Shown here: positions 12,556-24,820 of the stretch, piece by piece
How positions within the stretch are numbered: position 1 is the stretch's first letter
Layout of the letters: every line of letters starts with the position of its first letter
Made by a program: the position numbers and the translations under genes
Assembly: GCA_964019425.1 (NCBI GenBank)
Contig: OZ025797.1
Coordinates: forward strand, 1,302,001-1,366,000
Source of the DNA: Flectonema sp. DT1601
Lineage: Eukaryota
Direction: 5' to 3'
DNA length: 64,000 bases
Notes under the pieces: model-generated
Told to the model about the DNA's origin: nothing
What the model saw: the letters and a program-made list of their open reading frames with translations, nothing else
Databases searched by the model: none

Positions 12556-14040
12556 ATGGTATTTAATGATGTGGGTTCAAAGGTACAAATTAACGACAGG
12601 TTCATGAAGTGTTGTATGAAAGAAGGTGTTTGGATATCAGATGAAGGACTCATTCCTGATCACGAAATCGACATCATCAGAGATGAACTCTGCCATGGAA
12701 TGGAGAGACGAGGTGCTCGTGAATTGCGATGGTTTGGAGCGAACTGGAAAGGACACGGCTCTCTTGTTCAAACTGATGAGATGCCAACAAAAACTCAACA
12801 CATTGTTGATAAGATGTGTAAGAAAATTGGATTCCCAAAAATAACGGTGAGCACCCTTCACAAATACGACAAACATAAAGCAAAGGCTGGAACTAGTAAT
12901 CAAATAGGTGAACATCAAGGAAGGAAAATAGCAATCGTTCCTCACACTGATGATAAACTTCTTTACGGAAATGGAGGAGTTGTTATGCTTCAGTTGAATG
13001 GATCAGCTGACGTGGTTATGTCAATGAGAGGAGAGTCGAGAAGTTCTGATGTTCTTTCTGTTGTTCATCGTCCTAAAGGAGCTCTCCTTGTTTGTGAAGG
13101 AGATGCATTTCTATCTCCATATCAACATTGTGTATTATGGCCTGAATCAACTTCTGATAGATACATGTACACACTCACTATGAGATCTCTTGCTCTACCT
13201 TGGTCACAACCATTAAAGAGTGAACTTCCTAAGAGTGGTCCTCCTAAAATATTCCAACGAATTACTGAAACCAATCCAACTACTTCATCAATAATCTCTC
13301 ACCGAGTGAAGGAAAAGCAACGATACTCATCGAGTCCTGACAGAGATGATTATCATGTAAAGCGACCGAACAGACCAGTTCGAAGGGAACCTCCAAATAT
13401 ATTTGAGACACGAGAATCAGATAGAAGACCGCCACCTTTACGATTTGATAATGATGACCATCGCAACAGACGCGGTAGTCCTCCTCGGAGAGAGTTTCAA
13501 AAGAGGGAACCACAACAGCAATTTGAAAGACAATTCCGTGGACGTGATGATCGCAGCTGTGAAGGATTCAAGTCACCTCGCGATACTAAAGATGTTGAAT
13601 CAGATCCTCCAAAAGAAGTTCCTGATTTCGGATACTCGAGACTGGACATTGATGAAGTAAAACTCATATACTCAAAGATGAAATCAGAATTAAATAACTT
13701 CAGAGAGGAATTCTACGAATCCAATAAAACTTACCCACGAACAAGTGAACTTTCACCATCTAAACTAATCCTTTTCCAAAAGTGTCAGGAGCTACATAGA
13801 CTTACTAGCAAAGCCCGTCGCGAAAAGAGGGAGAGAAAACATCGCAAGAAGAATGCTCAACGCGGTAGTTCAGTCGGATCATATTCTCGTTCTCAAAGTC
13901 GAGAGCGAAAACAAAAGCGAGAGAAGCATTCTAAAAAGGAGAAGAAGCATAAAAAGGAAAAGCGCGACAAGAAGGAAAAGCGTCGAAACCACAGCAGAGG
14001 AAGAACCAGAAGTTACTCGAGTGGGTACGTCAGCAGGTAA
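12556..14040 (+). CDS. AlkB-like 2OG-Fe(II) dioxygenase domain fused to an Arg/Ser/Lys-rich tail
   Basis: IVPHTDD (HxD), YQHCV (distal His), YTLTMR (Arg). C-terminal RS/KE low-complexity region. Confidence 0.7.
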   Translation: MVFNDVGSKVQINDRFMKCCMKEGVWISDEGLIPDHEIDIIRDELCHGMERRGARELRWFGANWKGHGSLVQTDEMPTKTQHIVDKMCKKIGFPKITVSTLHKYDKHKAKAGTSNQIGEHQGRKIAIVPHTDDKLLYGNGGVVMLQLNGSADVVMSMRGESRSSDVLSVVHRPKGALLVCEGDAFLSPYQHCVLWPESTSDRYMYTLTMRSLALPWSQPLKSELPKSGPPKIFQRITETNPTTSSIISHRVKEKQRYSSSPDRDDYHVKRPNRPVRREPPNIFETRESDRRPPPLRFDNDDHRNRRGSPPRREFQKREPQQQFERQFRGRDDRSCEGFKSPRDTKDVESDPPKEVPDFGYSRLDIDEVKLIYSKMKSELNNFREEFYESNKTYPRTSELSPSKLILFQKCQELHRLTSKARREKRERKHRKKNAQRGSSVGSYSRSQSRERKQKREKHSKKEKKHKKEKRDKKEKRRNHSRGRTRSYSSGYVSR

Positions 14041-14453
14041 TTAATGAGAGGAATGAACTGATATTTAAACTTCCTGTTGACTGCACTGTAATCCTCAATA
14101 ATAATAGTACTCAACGGCTGAGAGAGTTCTACTCAACTAGAGTTCGATTGTTTGATTGAAATCTGTTGAACTGCTGACCTGATCGTTGTGACAGCAGCAA
14201 TGTAATCGACAGCAATACAAACCAACGTTTTTACCCTCCAGTGGGAGGGGTTTTTAAAAAGCTTGGATGATAAAAGTGAAGAAGGAAAAAAAAAAAAAAA
14301 AAAAAAAACGAGTAAAGCAGCGAAGGCTCAATCAACTTGTTTGTTTGTTTTGTTACGTCAACGGCGTCACCCATTATCAAAGGGGGGTATTAAAAAAAAA
14401 ACAAAAAAAAACAAAAAACAAAGAAGTGTGGTATTTATTGTTACAGAACACCC

Positions 14454-14482
14454 CAGTCAGTCAGTCAGTCAGTCAGTCAGTC
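14454..14482. repeat. (CAGT)n tetranucleotide microsatellite
   Basis: About 7 copies read directly. Confidence 0.9.
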
Positions 14483-14661
14483 ACCCTTCCCGTTCCCAAG
14501 GTGGTCGTTAAGTTATTTTAGTTGTATTGACTTACTTTAAAAAAAAAAAAAAAAAGATTACATGTTGACATTGCAGCTGAACGATTCTGTTTGAAAGTTT
14601 ATTATTTATCTTATCTTTTAATCTATTTCATTTTAGCGTATTTCACAATGCCATCTCGACC

Positions 14662-16116
14662 ATGTTCCTATTTGTGCTGTTCTTCACTCTGATATTTATA
14701 ACATCAGCTGGTAATGTGATTGAGGAAATAGTAACCCTTCCATGGGAAGAAGTTGGTTCTGAAAGTGACTGCATTTGGGTTGTTGAGTTTTTTCATCCGG
14801 AGTGTGGAGGATGCAGGGCTTTGGCAGGACCGTTTAAAGAAACAGCAAAAAAGATTAGAGATGATGAGTTGGGATGTCGGATTGCGAGTATAAATTGTAA
14901 ACTCCATCCAGAGACATGTCATCGACATGGAGTACTCGACTACCCTACTTTACGAGTCTGGGGAACAGATAGAAATCTGCCACAACCAAATGTTGTTGTT
15001 CCTGATTTGGATTCTGCCTTCGCAAACCCTCAAGAACAGCCACCTAAAGTACTTCTTTATAATAACATTAGAGAAGTCTGTTCTAACTACAATAGTGAAA
15101 AGACTCTTCAGAAATGTCAGGCTGAAATCAGAACAGCGAACCATCATTTAACCATTGACACTCCAGCTCCTCTCATTAACATCAACGGTTCTGATGTCGT
15201 TTGGGTTTCAGATCTACGCCACGCGTTGTTTGTCGCCCTCACATCTGAAAGGTTGACAAATGAGAACGAAGCCATCGCGAGTAACAGCGCTCTAGTAGAT
15301 CTTCACAAATTAGCGACCGTTGCATTTCCCGACCGAGAAACCCGTTTGCAATTACACAAAAGAAAGTTTTTAACAACCGAAGAAAAGATAAAATCACAAC
15401 TCTCACCCGCATCACCCGAGTGGATTGGTTGTCAGGGATCTAAACCTGTATACAGAGGACTACCATGTGCGTTGTGGCAGTTATTTCATGCTTTGACTAT
15501 TGGTTGTCATGTTAACCCAAATTGTAGATCTACAGAATATTGTCCTCTCAAAGTAATAAAGAATTGGGTACTTCACTACTATAATTGTAAGGTCTGCAGA
15601 ACACACTTTGCTGCAGGTACAGTTGGATGGAAACCTGAGTATTTGAGTACTTCTGAGAGTGTTATTCTTCTTTGGAAGTTTCATAATGAAGTAAATAAAA
15701 GACTGTCTAGAGACTCAACTGAAGATCCGTTTCATTTAAAAGTTGAGTTCCCTTCTCGCAGTCGATGTCTTTATTGTTATATTGGAGATCACGTTGATAA
15801 TTTAAAACTACTTCAATTTTTAAAAAAATTCTACTTATCAACAAGTGATGTGTTTGAAGACTTGCCTGTTCCATTAGACTCCAGTAGTATTGTTTTAGAC
15901 GTTGGAAGTCTTCCTCAGATGCCTCTTCTTCCTCTTGATACGGAACAGTCAATAAATACATCATCTCAACTTATGTTTCTCTTTGTTGGATTGTTTTTAT
16001 TGGTAGTCGGAATGTACTACAGTAAACAATTAATCATCAGATACAAAAGATTTATGATGGGTTTGTCAAAAAGGAAGGGAATCTACACTCCAGACAGTAA
16101 TATGTCAATGGTTTAA
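14662..16116 (+). CDS. QSOX: Quiescin sulfhydryl oxidase (thioredoxin + Erv/ALR domain), membrane anchored
   Basis: Signal peptide, ECGGC thioredoxin site, GLPCALWQLFHALT, CKVCRTHF, LWKFHNEVNKRL, FPSRSRCLYC and a C-terminal TM helix. Confidence 0.9.
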   Translation: MFLFVLFFTLIFITSAGNVIEEIVTLPWEEVGSESDCIWVVEFFHPECGGCRALAGPFKETAKKIRDDELGCRIASINCKLHPETCHRHGVLDYPTLRVWGTDRNLPQPNVVVPDLDSAFANPQEQPPKVLLYNNIREVCSNYNSEKTLQKCQAEIRTANHHLTIDTPAPLININGSDVVWVSDLRHALFVALTSERLTNENEAIASNSALVDLHKLATVAFPDRETRLQLHKRKFLTTEEKIKSQLSPASPEWIGCQGSKPVYRGLPCALWQLFHALTIGCHVNPNCRSTEYCPLKVIKNWVLHYYNCKVCRTHFAAGTVGWKPEYLSTSESVILLWKFHNEVNKRLSRDSTEDPFHLKVEFPSRSRCLYCYIGDHVDNLKLLQFLKKFYLSTSDVFEDLPVPLDSSSIVLDVGSLPQMPLLPLDTEQSINTSSQLMFLFVGLFLLVVGMYYSKQLIIRYKRFMMGLSKRKGIYTPDSNMSMV

Positions 16117-16118
16117 TT

Positions 16119-16150
<32 letters not shown>

Positions 16151-16566
16151 GAAGAGATATTTTGTGAGGAGACGGTATCCTGCAACCTGCTGCCAAATAC
16201 TCTCCCACACCTCAACTCAGTTAGTAAGTTGGTTTGGTTTTACCCCAAAGAAAGAGAGAAAGAAAACAAATAAAACAAAAGGAGATCCATCCTTTGAAAA
16301 AATTATTGTTTTGTACTTTTATTGAAATGAATGGAAGAAAGAAAAAAAAGGGAAAAAAAAAGAAAAAAAAACGATTTGAGGGCTAACCTTTGCCAAGAAT
16401 GAGAACCGAGTGTGAGGTAGTTGTCAACGGCAAGCGGGCGATGTTCGATTTGTGATTTGTTACTACGTAGCAGTCAATAGTAAAGATGATTGTTCACAGG
16501 AATGGTTTGGAGTATTATGATTACTTTTAAGTTGTTCTTTTTATAGACACTCACCACATCAATAAC

Positions 16567-17548
16567 ATGTTCCACCAACTCTTACTCACCGTATTGATAA
16601 TCTCTCTATCTGGAGCAGAAGGCGCTAAGCCGAGTATTAAGAAGCTCGCTGAGTTAGGTACCAACTTGGGTACCGTTGCCAATGGAAACGAAGGACAGAA
16701 ACGGAGAAAGGGAAAGAAGGAATTTGTTTGTAGCAAGGACTGCCTTGCCAAGGATTGCAAGGTTTGTGTCCTCCTCACTTAAAGTCGTTATTATAATCTG
16801 CGTTGATTCCGAAATAAAATAAAATAAAATAAAATAAAACAAAACAGGCAGCTCTCACCCTCCGTTGGGGAGCATACTGTGGTATTGGCCACTCAGGATG
16901 TCCGGGAGTCAAGCCGTGTGATGACTACGATGCTTGCTGTCAAAAACACGACCTCTGTGTTGATAAAGACGGAGGGATAATGGATGCTGATGTATGTTAT
17001 CTTAATGTGAGGTACGTCTCTTGTCTTTTATAAAAAAATAAAACAATAATCTTCAGTGCCACACTGCTTTGAAAGATTGTCTCCAGCAAGCTCTAAAGGA
17101 CAAAAAGGAACCTTGGTCGAGGGAATGTGAAGCAGCAGATCTCGTGAAGACAATGTCTCAGGGAATGGATATCGCTAACATGTTCAGTCAGGGACTGGCT
17201 GGTGCTTTGGGTGGAGGTCGTCACAAGCACAAGATGGAGAGGAAGAACAGAGGAAACAATAAGAAAGAGAACAGCTCTGATAAGAAAGAAAAGAAAGAGA
17301 ACAACTCTGATAAGAAAGAGAACAACTCTGATAAGAAAGTGAACAACCCTGATGAGAAAGTGAGCAACTCTGATAAGAAAGAGAACAACTCTGATAAGAA
17401 AGTGAACAACCCTGATGAGAAAGTGAACAACTCTGATAACAAAGAGAACAACTCTGATAACAAAGTGAACACCTCTGATAACAAAGAGAACAACACTGAT
17501 AACGAAGAGAACACCTCTGATAAGAAAGAGAACAACACTGAGCTGTAA
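16567..17548 (+). CDS. Secreted phospholipase A2, plant-type (group XI-like), 3 exons (introns 16762-16847, 16992-17056)
   Basis: The spliced product reads CSKDCLAKDCK|AALTLRWGAYCGIGHSGCPGVKPCDDYDACCQKHDLCV...|CHTALKDCL, giving the YCGxxxxG Ca2+ loop and DACCxxHDxC active site. Signal peptide present. The middle exon is missing from the ORF track. Confidence 0.88.
17260..17541 (+). repeat. Coding 21-nt tandem repeat (KKENNSD-like heptads) in the sPLA2 C-terminus
   Basis: About 12 variants of AAGAAAGAGAACAACTCTGAT. Confidence 0.9.
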
Positions 17549-18395
17549 TGGTAGTTCACATGATTTGATTTAATTAGTTCTTAAGAAAGAATTATTGTTC
17601 TCATTCACTTCGAATAGCGGCCACTGAATTCCCTTAAGTGAGAATCTCTTCGCGTTCCCTTTTATATACTTGTTGTCAACTGACTTTTGTTTACTTCGAA
17701 TTACTAACGGCGGCCTACAGTTTTTGTGCAAACAACAAAAACTATTATTTCTTCTTACTATTCGTTCTGTTGATTTGTGATCGCGACAACCATTTCAGAA
17801 TATGACTCCTCTGTAAATGGAGCTTGTTTTCCCTTCTTATTATTATTATTATTTTTTTTTTTTTTTGGATTATCTTTTTTGTTATTGTGTCGCTCTACTG
17901 AGGAAGTTCCATCGTTGGACCGGAAGGCGTCCGACAAAAAGACTCTCCTCTCTTCAAAAAGTACTTTTGTTTGCTTGGATCTGAGTAAAAGGAAAAGCTC
18001 CTTTTTTTTTTGCACCGACGAAGTCGGAGAAGAAACTATTCAGATTAAGAGCCGTTTATTTATGCCCGTGTGCCGGTAATACTGTCTGCGATCAACTAAA
18101 TATGAGGCTGCTTATCTGAATAGTCTTTCTTCTTTTATTTTTTATTTTAATTCTCAGCCTATCGAACTCGATCAACAGTAGAAACTGTTTCCCTTTTTCA
18201 ATTCAAGCAAGAGGTGGTATTTATACTACTTTCTGGTTGGGCATCTTATTTATTATTATCCCCATCCTTAAAATGATAATTACTATCACGAGCATGAGAA
18301 GCAGAAAAACGGAGACAGAGAACAGTACTTTCTATATCTCAGATAAACTGAACCATTTTACTTTAAAACACAACAAGGTATTATTATATCACATT

Positions 18396-19409
18396 ATGGC
18401 AGACAAGCCTGTTGACAGGGAGTTAGTGAAGAGAGATGGTGTTTCAGGAGTTGCAGCGCAAGCACTCGGTAGAATTTTGAACGCAAAGACTCAAGCAGGA
18501 CCGATTCGATACAAAACAAAGTCTGGAATGGAATTCTGTACCATCGACTACCTCGCTGTTGAGATCACATCACCAGCAACTATTCAGGATATGGTCGCTC
18601 CTTTATTAGGAGCTGGTAAGGTTACTCATGGATCTACTAGACATAGTTTATTAGGATGGAATGTCATTGTTGATATTTCTGAGAACAGAGCTCAGACTAT
18701 GGCTTTACCACAGCGAATGGATCAAATCGCTAGTTGTCTGCAAAAGGAACACGTTCCACTTAACAAAACCGTCTACCTTTCAATCTACACTGGTGTAACA
18801 TATGAGGTATGTGTTGTTACTGTTGTTGAATTGTTTTCTTATGTGACTCATTTAATCCAATCACAATACAGATGAACATGGTGGGTATTATGAAACAAGT
18901 AACTCACTCTCTTGATCGCTTCCACCCAGTCCTTCTCTGCCTTAAGGATCTCTCAGCGATTAGTACTTGGGCACAAGGGTTTAATATTATGCAACAACAA
19001 AAGGCTCAGAGTAAAGTAAACACTAAAGTATCAGCCAAGGTATCAGTTAAGGGGAAAGGAAGTAAAGGAACCAAAGGAGGTAAGGGAGCAAGAGGAACAG
19101 GAGCAAAGGCGAATAATAAAATAGTACAACAGGCGATGGTAACCCGAGGCCGAGGCCGTGGTGGTAAGGGTTCCGTACAGCAGGTAGACACCGGTCGTGT
19201 TGCTGGTTCGTCTGGCAAGGGAGGTAAGAAAGGAAAGGGAAAGGGTGGTAAAACTACTGTTGCCGACGGCTTGACAAGAAAGTATGTTTTTTTTTTTTTT
19301 TTCAAAACCAAAGTAAATACTTAAAACTTAAAAGCCATCAATCAATCAAACTACAAACAGAGTCAACCGCAGTGGTGTTGTTCAATTCAATAGGATGTCT
19401 CCTTATTAG
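18396..19409 (+). CDS. Hypothetical protein with Gly/Lys/RG-rich C-terminus (possible nucleic-acid binding), 3 exons (introns 18807-18871, 19282-19360)
   Basis: GTATGT...CAG introns join the ORFs in frame and end at ...QFNRMSPY*. Contains RGRGRGGKG and GKGGKKGKG tracts. Confidence 0.65.
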
Positions 19410-19955
19410 TCTGGTCTGCTGCTCTCGGTCTGCGCTCAGTGTTTTTTCTTTTTTTTTGCTTCCCTCAGATGGGAAACACAAAAAAAAAAAATAAATAAAA
19501 TGAATTAATGTTTTTAACAGTAAGGAAAACAAGGTTTTGGTGTCAGTCAGGAAAAAAAAATTAAAAAAAAAAAAAAAAAAAAACAATGTCACTGTTCCTT
19601 TTGATAATACCAGAGTTTTTAAAAATACAAAGCCAAAAAAAAAAAAAAAAAAAAAAAAAAAGTATGGTGGCCCAGCGGTTAACAACAACAACAAAAAAAT
19701 GTAGTAGTGTTTTTTTATTTTATTTTTTGGTTTCAATTCCGTTGAGAATAGTGTTCGGTTTTTCCGTTCGAATTGCACAACAACCTTCCAACACTCGACG
19801 GTGTTATTGTTTGAAATTATTATTATTCAAAAATAAAAAACTCTTCAGGAAGACATCTCACCAAAAAAGGGATCAAAATGAACCTCTAGTTTATCTCATC
19901 GTATCGTGATTTGATATTCACATTAACTTCCTTCTTTTAGAAAGTCAGCAGCAAC

Positions 19956-22900
19956 ATGTCGCAGGCTGATAAGGAACAGCCAGCAGATGTTCAGGAAGAG
20001 GATGAGAAGGAGAATACACCTCCGGATTCGAAGAGCGATGAAAATAATGTAAAAATAAAGAAACCTGTCCTTTGTGAACCAGATAGAAAATCAGTGAAGA
20101 GACTGATGATTATGAAAATGCAGTTGGTGAACTTCAAGTCATATGCAGGTGAGAACACAATCGGACCATTTCATAAAAAGTTCTCAGCCATCTTAGGACC
20201 GAATGGAAGTGGTAAAAGTAACGTCATCGACGCGATGCTCTTCGTCTTTGGGAAGAAAGCAAAACAAATTCGACTCGACAAAATCGGATCCCTTGTTCAC
20301 AAATCAGATGCTCATCCGAATCTTAAAACAGGTAAAGTCTGCGTCTACTTCCAAGAAATCATCGACTATGAAGACTCTGACGATGCTTTCGATCCAATTA
20401 TTGGAACTGAGTTAGCCGTCTCACGATCCTGCACGACAGAAGGAACATCTCATTATTATGTTAATAATAAAAAGGTTACATACAGAGAAGTTATTGCTTT
20501 ATTAAAAGAAAAGGGAATTGATTTAGACCACAACCGATTCTTAATATTACAAGGAGAAGTAGAACAGATCTCATTAATGAAACCCAAAGCAGTATCCGAT
20601 ACGGAAGATGGTTTACTCGAATACATCGAAGACATTATTGGAACTCAACATTACAAACCAAAGATCGAATCCGGAACTACAAAAGTCGACAAACTAACTG
20701 AAGAAAGAGAAACACTCTCTGACAGATATACGACTGCTGTTAAAGATCGCGACTCTCTTGCTGGAGCAAAGTCTGAAGCTGAAGAATACCTCCGACTTGA
20801 GGTCAGAATTAGTAAAGAAAGAGCGATTTATATTCAACTTCGACTTTGTTCTCTTCTTGAGGAACTCGATAAGAAAAAGAAAGAAGTTTCTTATCTCCAA
20901 CAACAACTCGATGAAGAAACTGAAAAATCTTCCGAAACAAAAAAAACGCTTTCAGAGATGGAATCGGAGTCTAAAAGTGAAAAGAAGAAATGGGACCAAC
21001 TTATTAAACAATTTGAGAAAGTTCAATCGGAGTACCGAAAGTTGGATACCAATTCTGCAGAACACCAAACTAATTTAAAACACGCTGCTGCGACACATGA
21101 CAGACTCAGAAATGCATATAAAAAGGCATCTTCAGAAGTTGCAAAAACAGAAAAACAGATCGAAACAGCGACCCATCAACTAGCCGCCAACAGTAAAGAA
21201 TTGACGTCGCTTCTCAAAGACTTGGAGGTCGACGAAGAGGAGTTTGATCGTCAAACAGATGATCTTCAGGAGAAATTAAAACCTCTTCGTGAACGACATG
21301 AGAAGATGCAGCAAGCTATTCAACCTTTTAATGAGTTGGTTTCTAAAGCAGAAGAAGACCTAAAGAATGCTGAGAGTGAAAAGAAATTAATCTCCACAGC
21401 AGACGAGAGTGTTCAGTTAAAACTCAAAGAGGAACAACGTCGTAGAGCAGAACGTGGTAATCGAATCACCCGAATGGAAGAAGATTTGAAAAACAACAAA
21501 CGTGAACTCAAAGAAAGACTCTCAAACCTTGAAAGCGATCAACAGAAACTCAAAACAGCTGAAAAAGCCCTCCCAGAAGTCCGAGCTCGTGAAAAGGAAC
21601 TCCTCGGAAGTGTTGAAGCCCTTAAGAAGCAAGCACAAGATGCGGGTTCAGAAAACGCTGTTCAAAAAGCGTTAAAAAGACTAAAACAACAAGGAGGACT
21701 TGATGGCTACTATGGAAGGTTAGGTGACTTGGGTGCTATTGATGATCGCTATGGAGTTGCTGTTAACACAGCAGCTGGAGCTCAACTAAATACACTCGTA
21801 GTCGATAATGAAGCGACTGGTAAAAAGATATTACAATACCTCAAGGATAACAATACGGGAAGAGCAACTGTTCTTCTTCTTGATTTACAACATCAACACT
21901 ACGGTAGAGTTATTAATCAAGAATTCAATCAAGGTCATGGTCTACAAAGATTATTTGATTTGATTAGACCAGCTCATGAAAGGTTTGCACCTGCTTTCTA
22001 CTTCGCTGTTCGCGACACGTTAGTAGCACCGGACATGGACAAAGCAACAGAGATCGCCTATCAGAGGGTTTGTATTTTCTGTTTACCAAAAAAACTTATT
22101 ACTATCATAAAAACATAACAAACAAATCAACCCCAGGGACTAAGACACAAACCACGTGTTGTAACATTAGGTGGAGAACTAATTGAAATGTCTGGTACGA
22201 TGACTGGAGGAGGTAAACAAGCTCAAGGTGGTGGTATGAAATCATTTCAAGTCTCACCAACTCTCAGAGAGGATTTGATTAAACATCAGAAGTCACTTGA
22301 GCAAGCTTCAGCAGATGATCGTCAGCTCTCGAATACTATCGCCAGTCTTAAGGATAAAGTATTCACATCAACAGCAAAGGTTAAAGAACTCCAATCCATT
22401 ATTAGATCAAAAGAACACGAACTCAACCATCTCCACCAGGAAGTATCAAATATCGAGAAGGCTCTCACATCACTACAACAAGAAGTTCATGTTGCTGAGC
22501 AAAACCAGCGAAAAGAAGCCGCTCGGATTAAAGAACTCGAAACAAAATGTGAGCAATGCTGTAAGGCTCTGGAACAAGCTCGTTTTAATAAAAAAGATCA
22601 GGACGATCAACTGGCTCTGCTGAGACTTGAAATGGATCGAGTTGGTGGAAGTAAATACACAAAACTGAAGGAAAGTATCCGACACAGAAAGGATAGAGTC
22701 GAAGAGCTTGAAAAATCAAACACTGAGAACTCAGCCACCGCAGCATCGTGTAAAAAACACTTGGCATCAAAGAAGAAAAAAGTTGAAACTACCGAGCGAG
22801 AAGCCGCAAAAGCGAAGGAAACACTCGCAGCTCTGAAGTCTGAAGATGTCGAAGAAGATGATCGCATTGAAAGTCTCAAAGAACAACTCGCGTCGATAAA

Positions 22901-24173
22901 AGAAGATGTTGAGGAGGCGAAAAAAAAAGTTGAAAAGATCGATAAAAAGAAAGATAAATTCAAAACCCACATCAACAATGCGAAAGCAGCAGAAGTTAAA
23001 CTTGAACATTCATTTCAATTGGCAAACACGGAATTCCAAAATATGAAATCTCAAAAAAAGAAATTAAACGAAACTCTTCAGGGAATTGATTCCGCAATTC
23101 AGAAAAGTATCATCGACTACGGAGTCACCATATTAAATGAGAAGAAGGATGTCAGCAATCCGACGACGTTCGATCCGAAAAAGTTTACTGCGCAGGTTCC
23201 AACTGAGTCGCTTGAAAAGTATAAAGCTGCTGAAGTCAAAGGACAGATCCAAATACTTGAGGAGACTCAACGAAAACTAAAACCAAACATCAAAGCTCTC
23301 GAAGAGTATCAAGAGAAGCACAAGATTGTTGAAGAAAGAGCTTCAGACTTAAACAGAGTTTCAGAAACAAGAAACACCGCACAGTGCGCTGTTGAAGCTC
23401 TCAGAAAGGCAAGACATGATGAATTCATGAGCGGGTTTTCAGGGATCACTTTAAAATTAAAAGAAATGTATCAAATGTTAACCTTAGGAGGTGATGCTGA
23501 CTTAGAACTAGTTGACAGCTACGATCCTTTTGTTGAAGGAATTCAATTTTCTGTACGACCACCAAAGAAGTCTTGGAAACATATTTCCAACTTATCTGGT
23601 GGTGAGAAGACTTTATCATCACTCGCTCTGGTCTTCGCTCTTCATCATTTCAAACCAACACCATTTTATGTCATGGATGAGATTGATGCGGCGTTGGATT
23701 TTAAGAATGTTGTATGTACCCTGTTCCTTGTTATCCTCTTTGGTTGTTGTTGTTCTCTTTTTTGATTTATTAATTTTACTAAAAAAAATAACAAAACAGT
23801 CGATCGTTGCCAACTACGTAAAGTCCGCAGCCAGTAACGCTCAATTTATTATAATCTCACTGAGAGATCACATGTTTGATTTAGCGAACAGATTAATTGG
23901 AATTTCGAAGGTTGAGAATTGCACGCAAACAGCAGCACTGAACCCCAGCAGCTATCCGATTACTTTAGAGATGGCTGAGACACAAACAGTTCCTGGGAAG
24001 GCTGTCACAGAACCGATAGTACCTGCACCTGTGTATGATTTAATTTACTTATTATTGTTGTTGTTGTTGTCAGAGAAGAACAAAATAACAAAACAAACCA
24101 AAACAGTAAACGTCCCCGCGACGATTCTTCAAAACCTATCAAAGTTCAGAAGGCAGTAGAAGTAGTACATTAG
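19956..24173 (+). CDS. SMC4: Condensin subunit SMC4, 4 exons (introns 22068-22136, 23712-23799, ~24033-24106)
   Basis: NFKSYAG...GPNGSGKSNVID, RFLILQGEVEQI, hinge GYYGRLGDLG, LSGGEKTLSSLAL and MDEIDAALD. All introns restore frame. Confidence 0.95.
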
Positions 24174-24533
24174 AGTTTTCTTTTAACTACTTTCAGTCGA
24201 TCTCCTCATTGCTTTAAGCGATTTGTTTGTGGGAGTTCTTTAGATTCATTTTCTTTTATAAAATCTTTTTGCTACCGACCTTACTTTCTTTTTTTTTCTT
24301 TTCTATTCAAAGTTAGATTATTCCTCTTATTTAGTATCCACTGTCCCAATACCCTTCCAAGACCCTCCTCACTTCGTGGTCGTCACTACTGTGAGGAGTT
24401 TGTTTCCCTTAATAAAATTTGTGTTTGCAGCACAAGGTGTGGATGTCAAAAACAAACACGTTGCCGCGTTTTTTTCTTCTTCTTTTTTGAATATTTCCTA
24501 TATTACCGACTTCTGTGATTGAGCATTTTAGAG

Positions 24534-24564
<31 letters not shown>

Positions 24565-24820
24565 ACAAAGAAAATAAGATAAAAACCTGCCTGAATGCAC
24601 TACTTAGATTATGACATACGAATTGTAATTTGATGAAGTTGAGAGTTCTTATTATTTATTATTCTTCTCGATCAGAACACACTTGATAATCCATCTCTCT
24701 AAATTAATAACAAATATTTTATCTCAAAGTAATTATTTTTATATTGTTCAGGCCAACTCGTCCCCCCCTTTCAACCCTTTCTAACGATGTATTGAACTAT
24801 TGATTTGAAAGGATAACACA

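Noticed and set aside
17260..17541. Regular short repeats, superficially CRISPR-like
   Set aside because: In-frame 21-nt coding repeat without unique spacers, in a eukaryotic context with no cas genes.
22068..24106. SMC4 (and tubulin) split into several ORFs, suggesting pseudogenes or frameshifts
   Set aside because: Canonical GT-AG introns restore the frame in every case.
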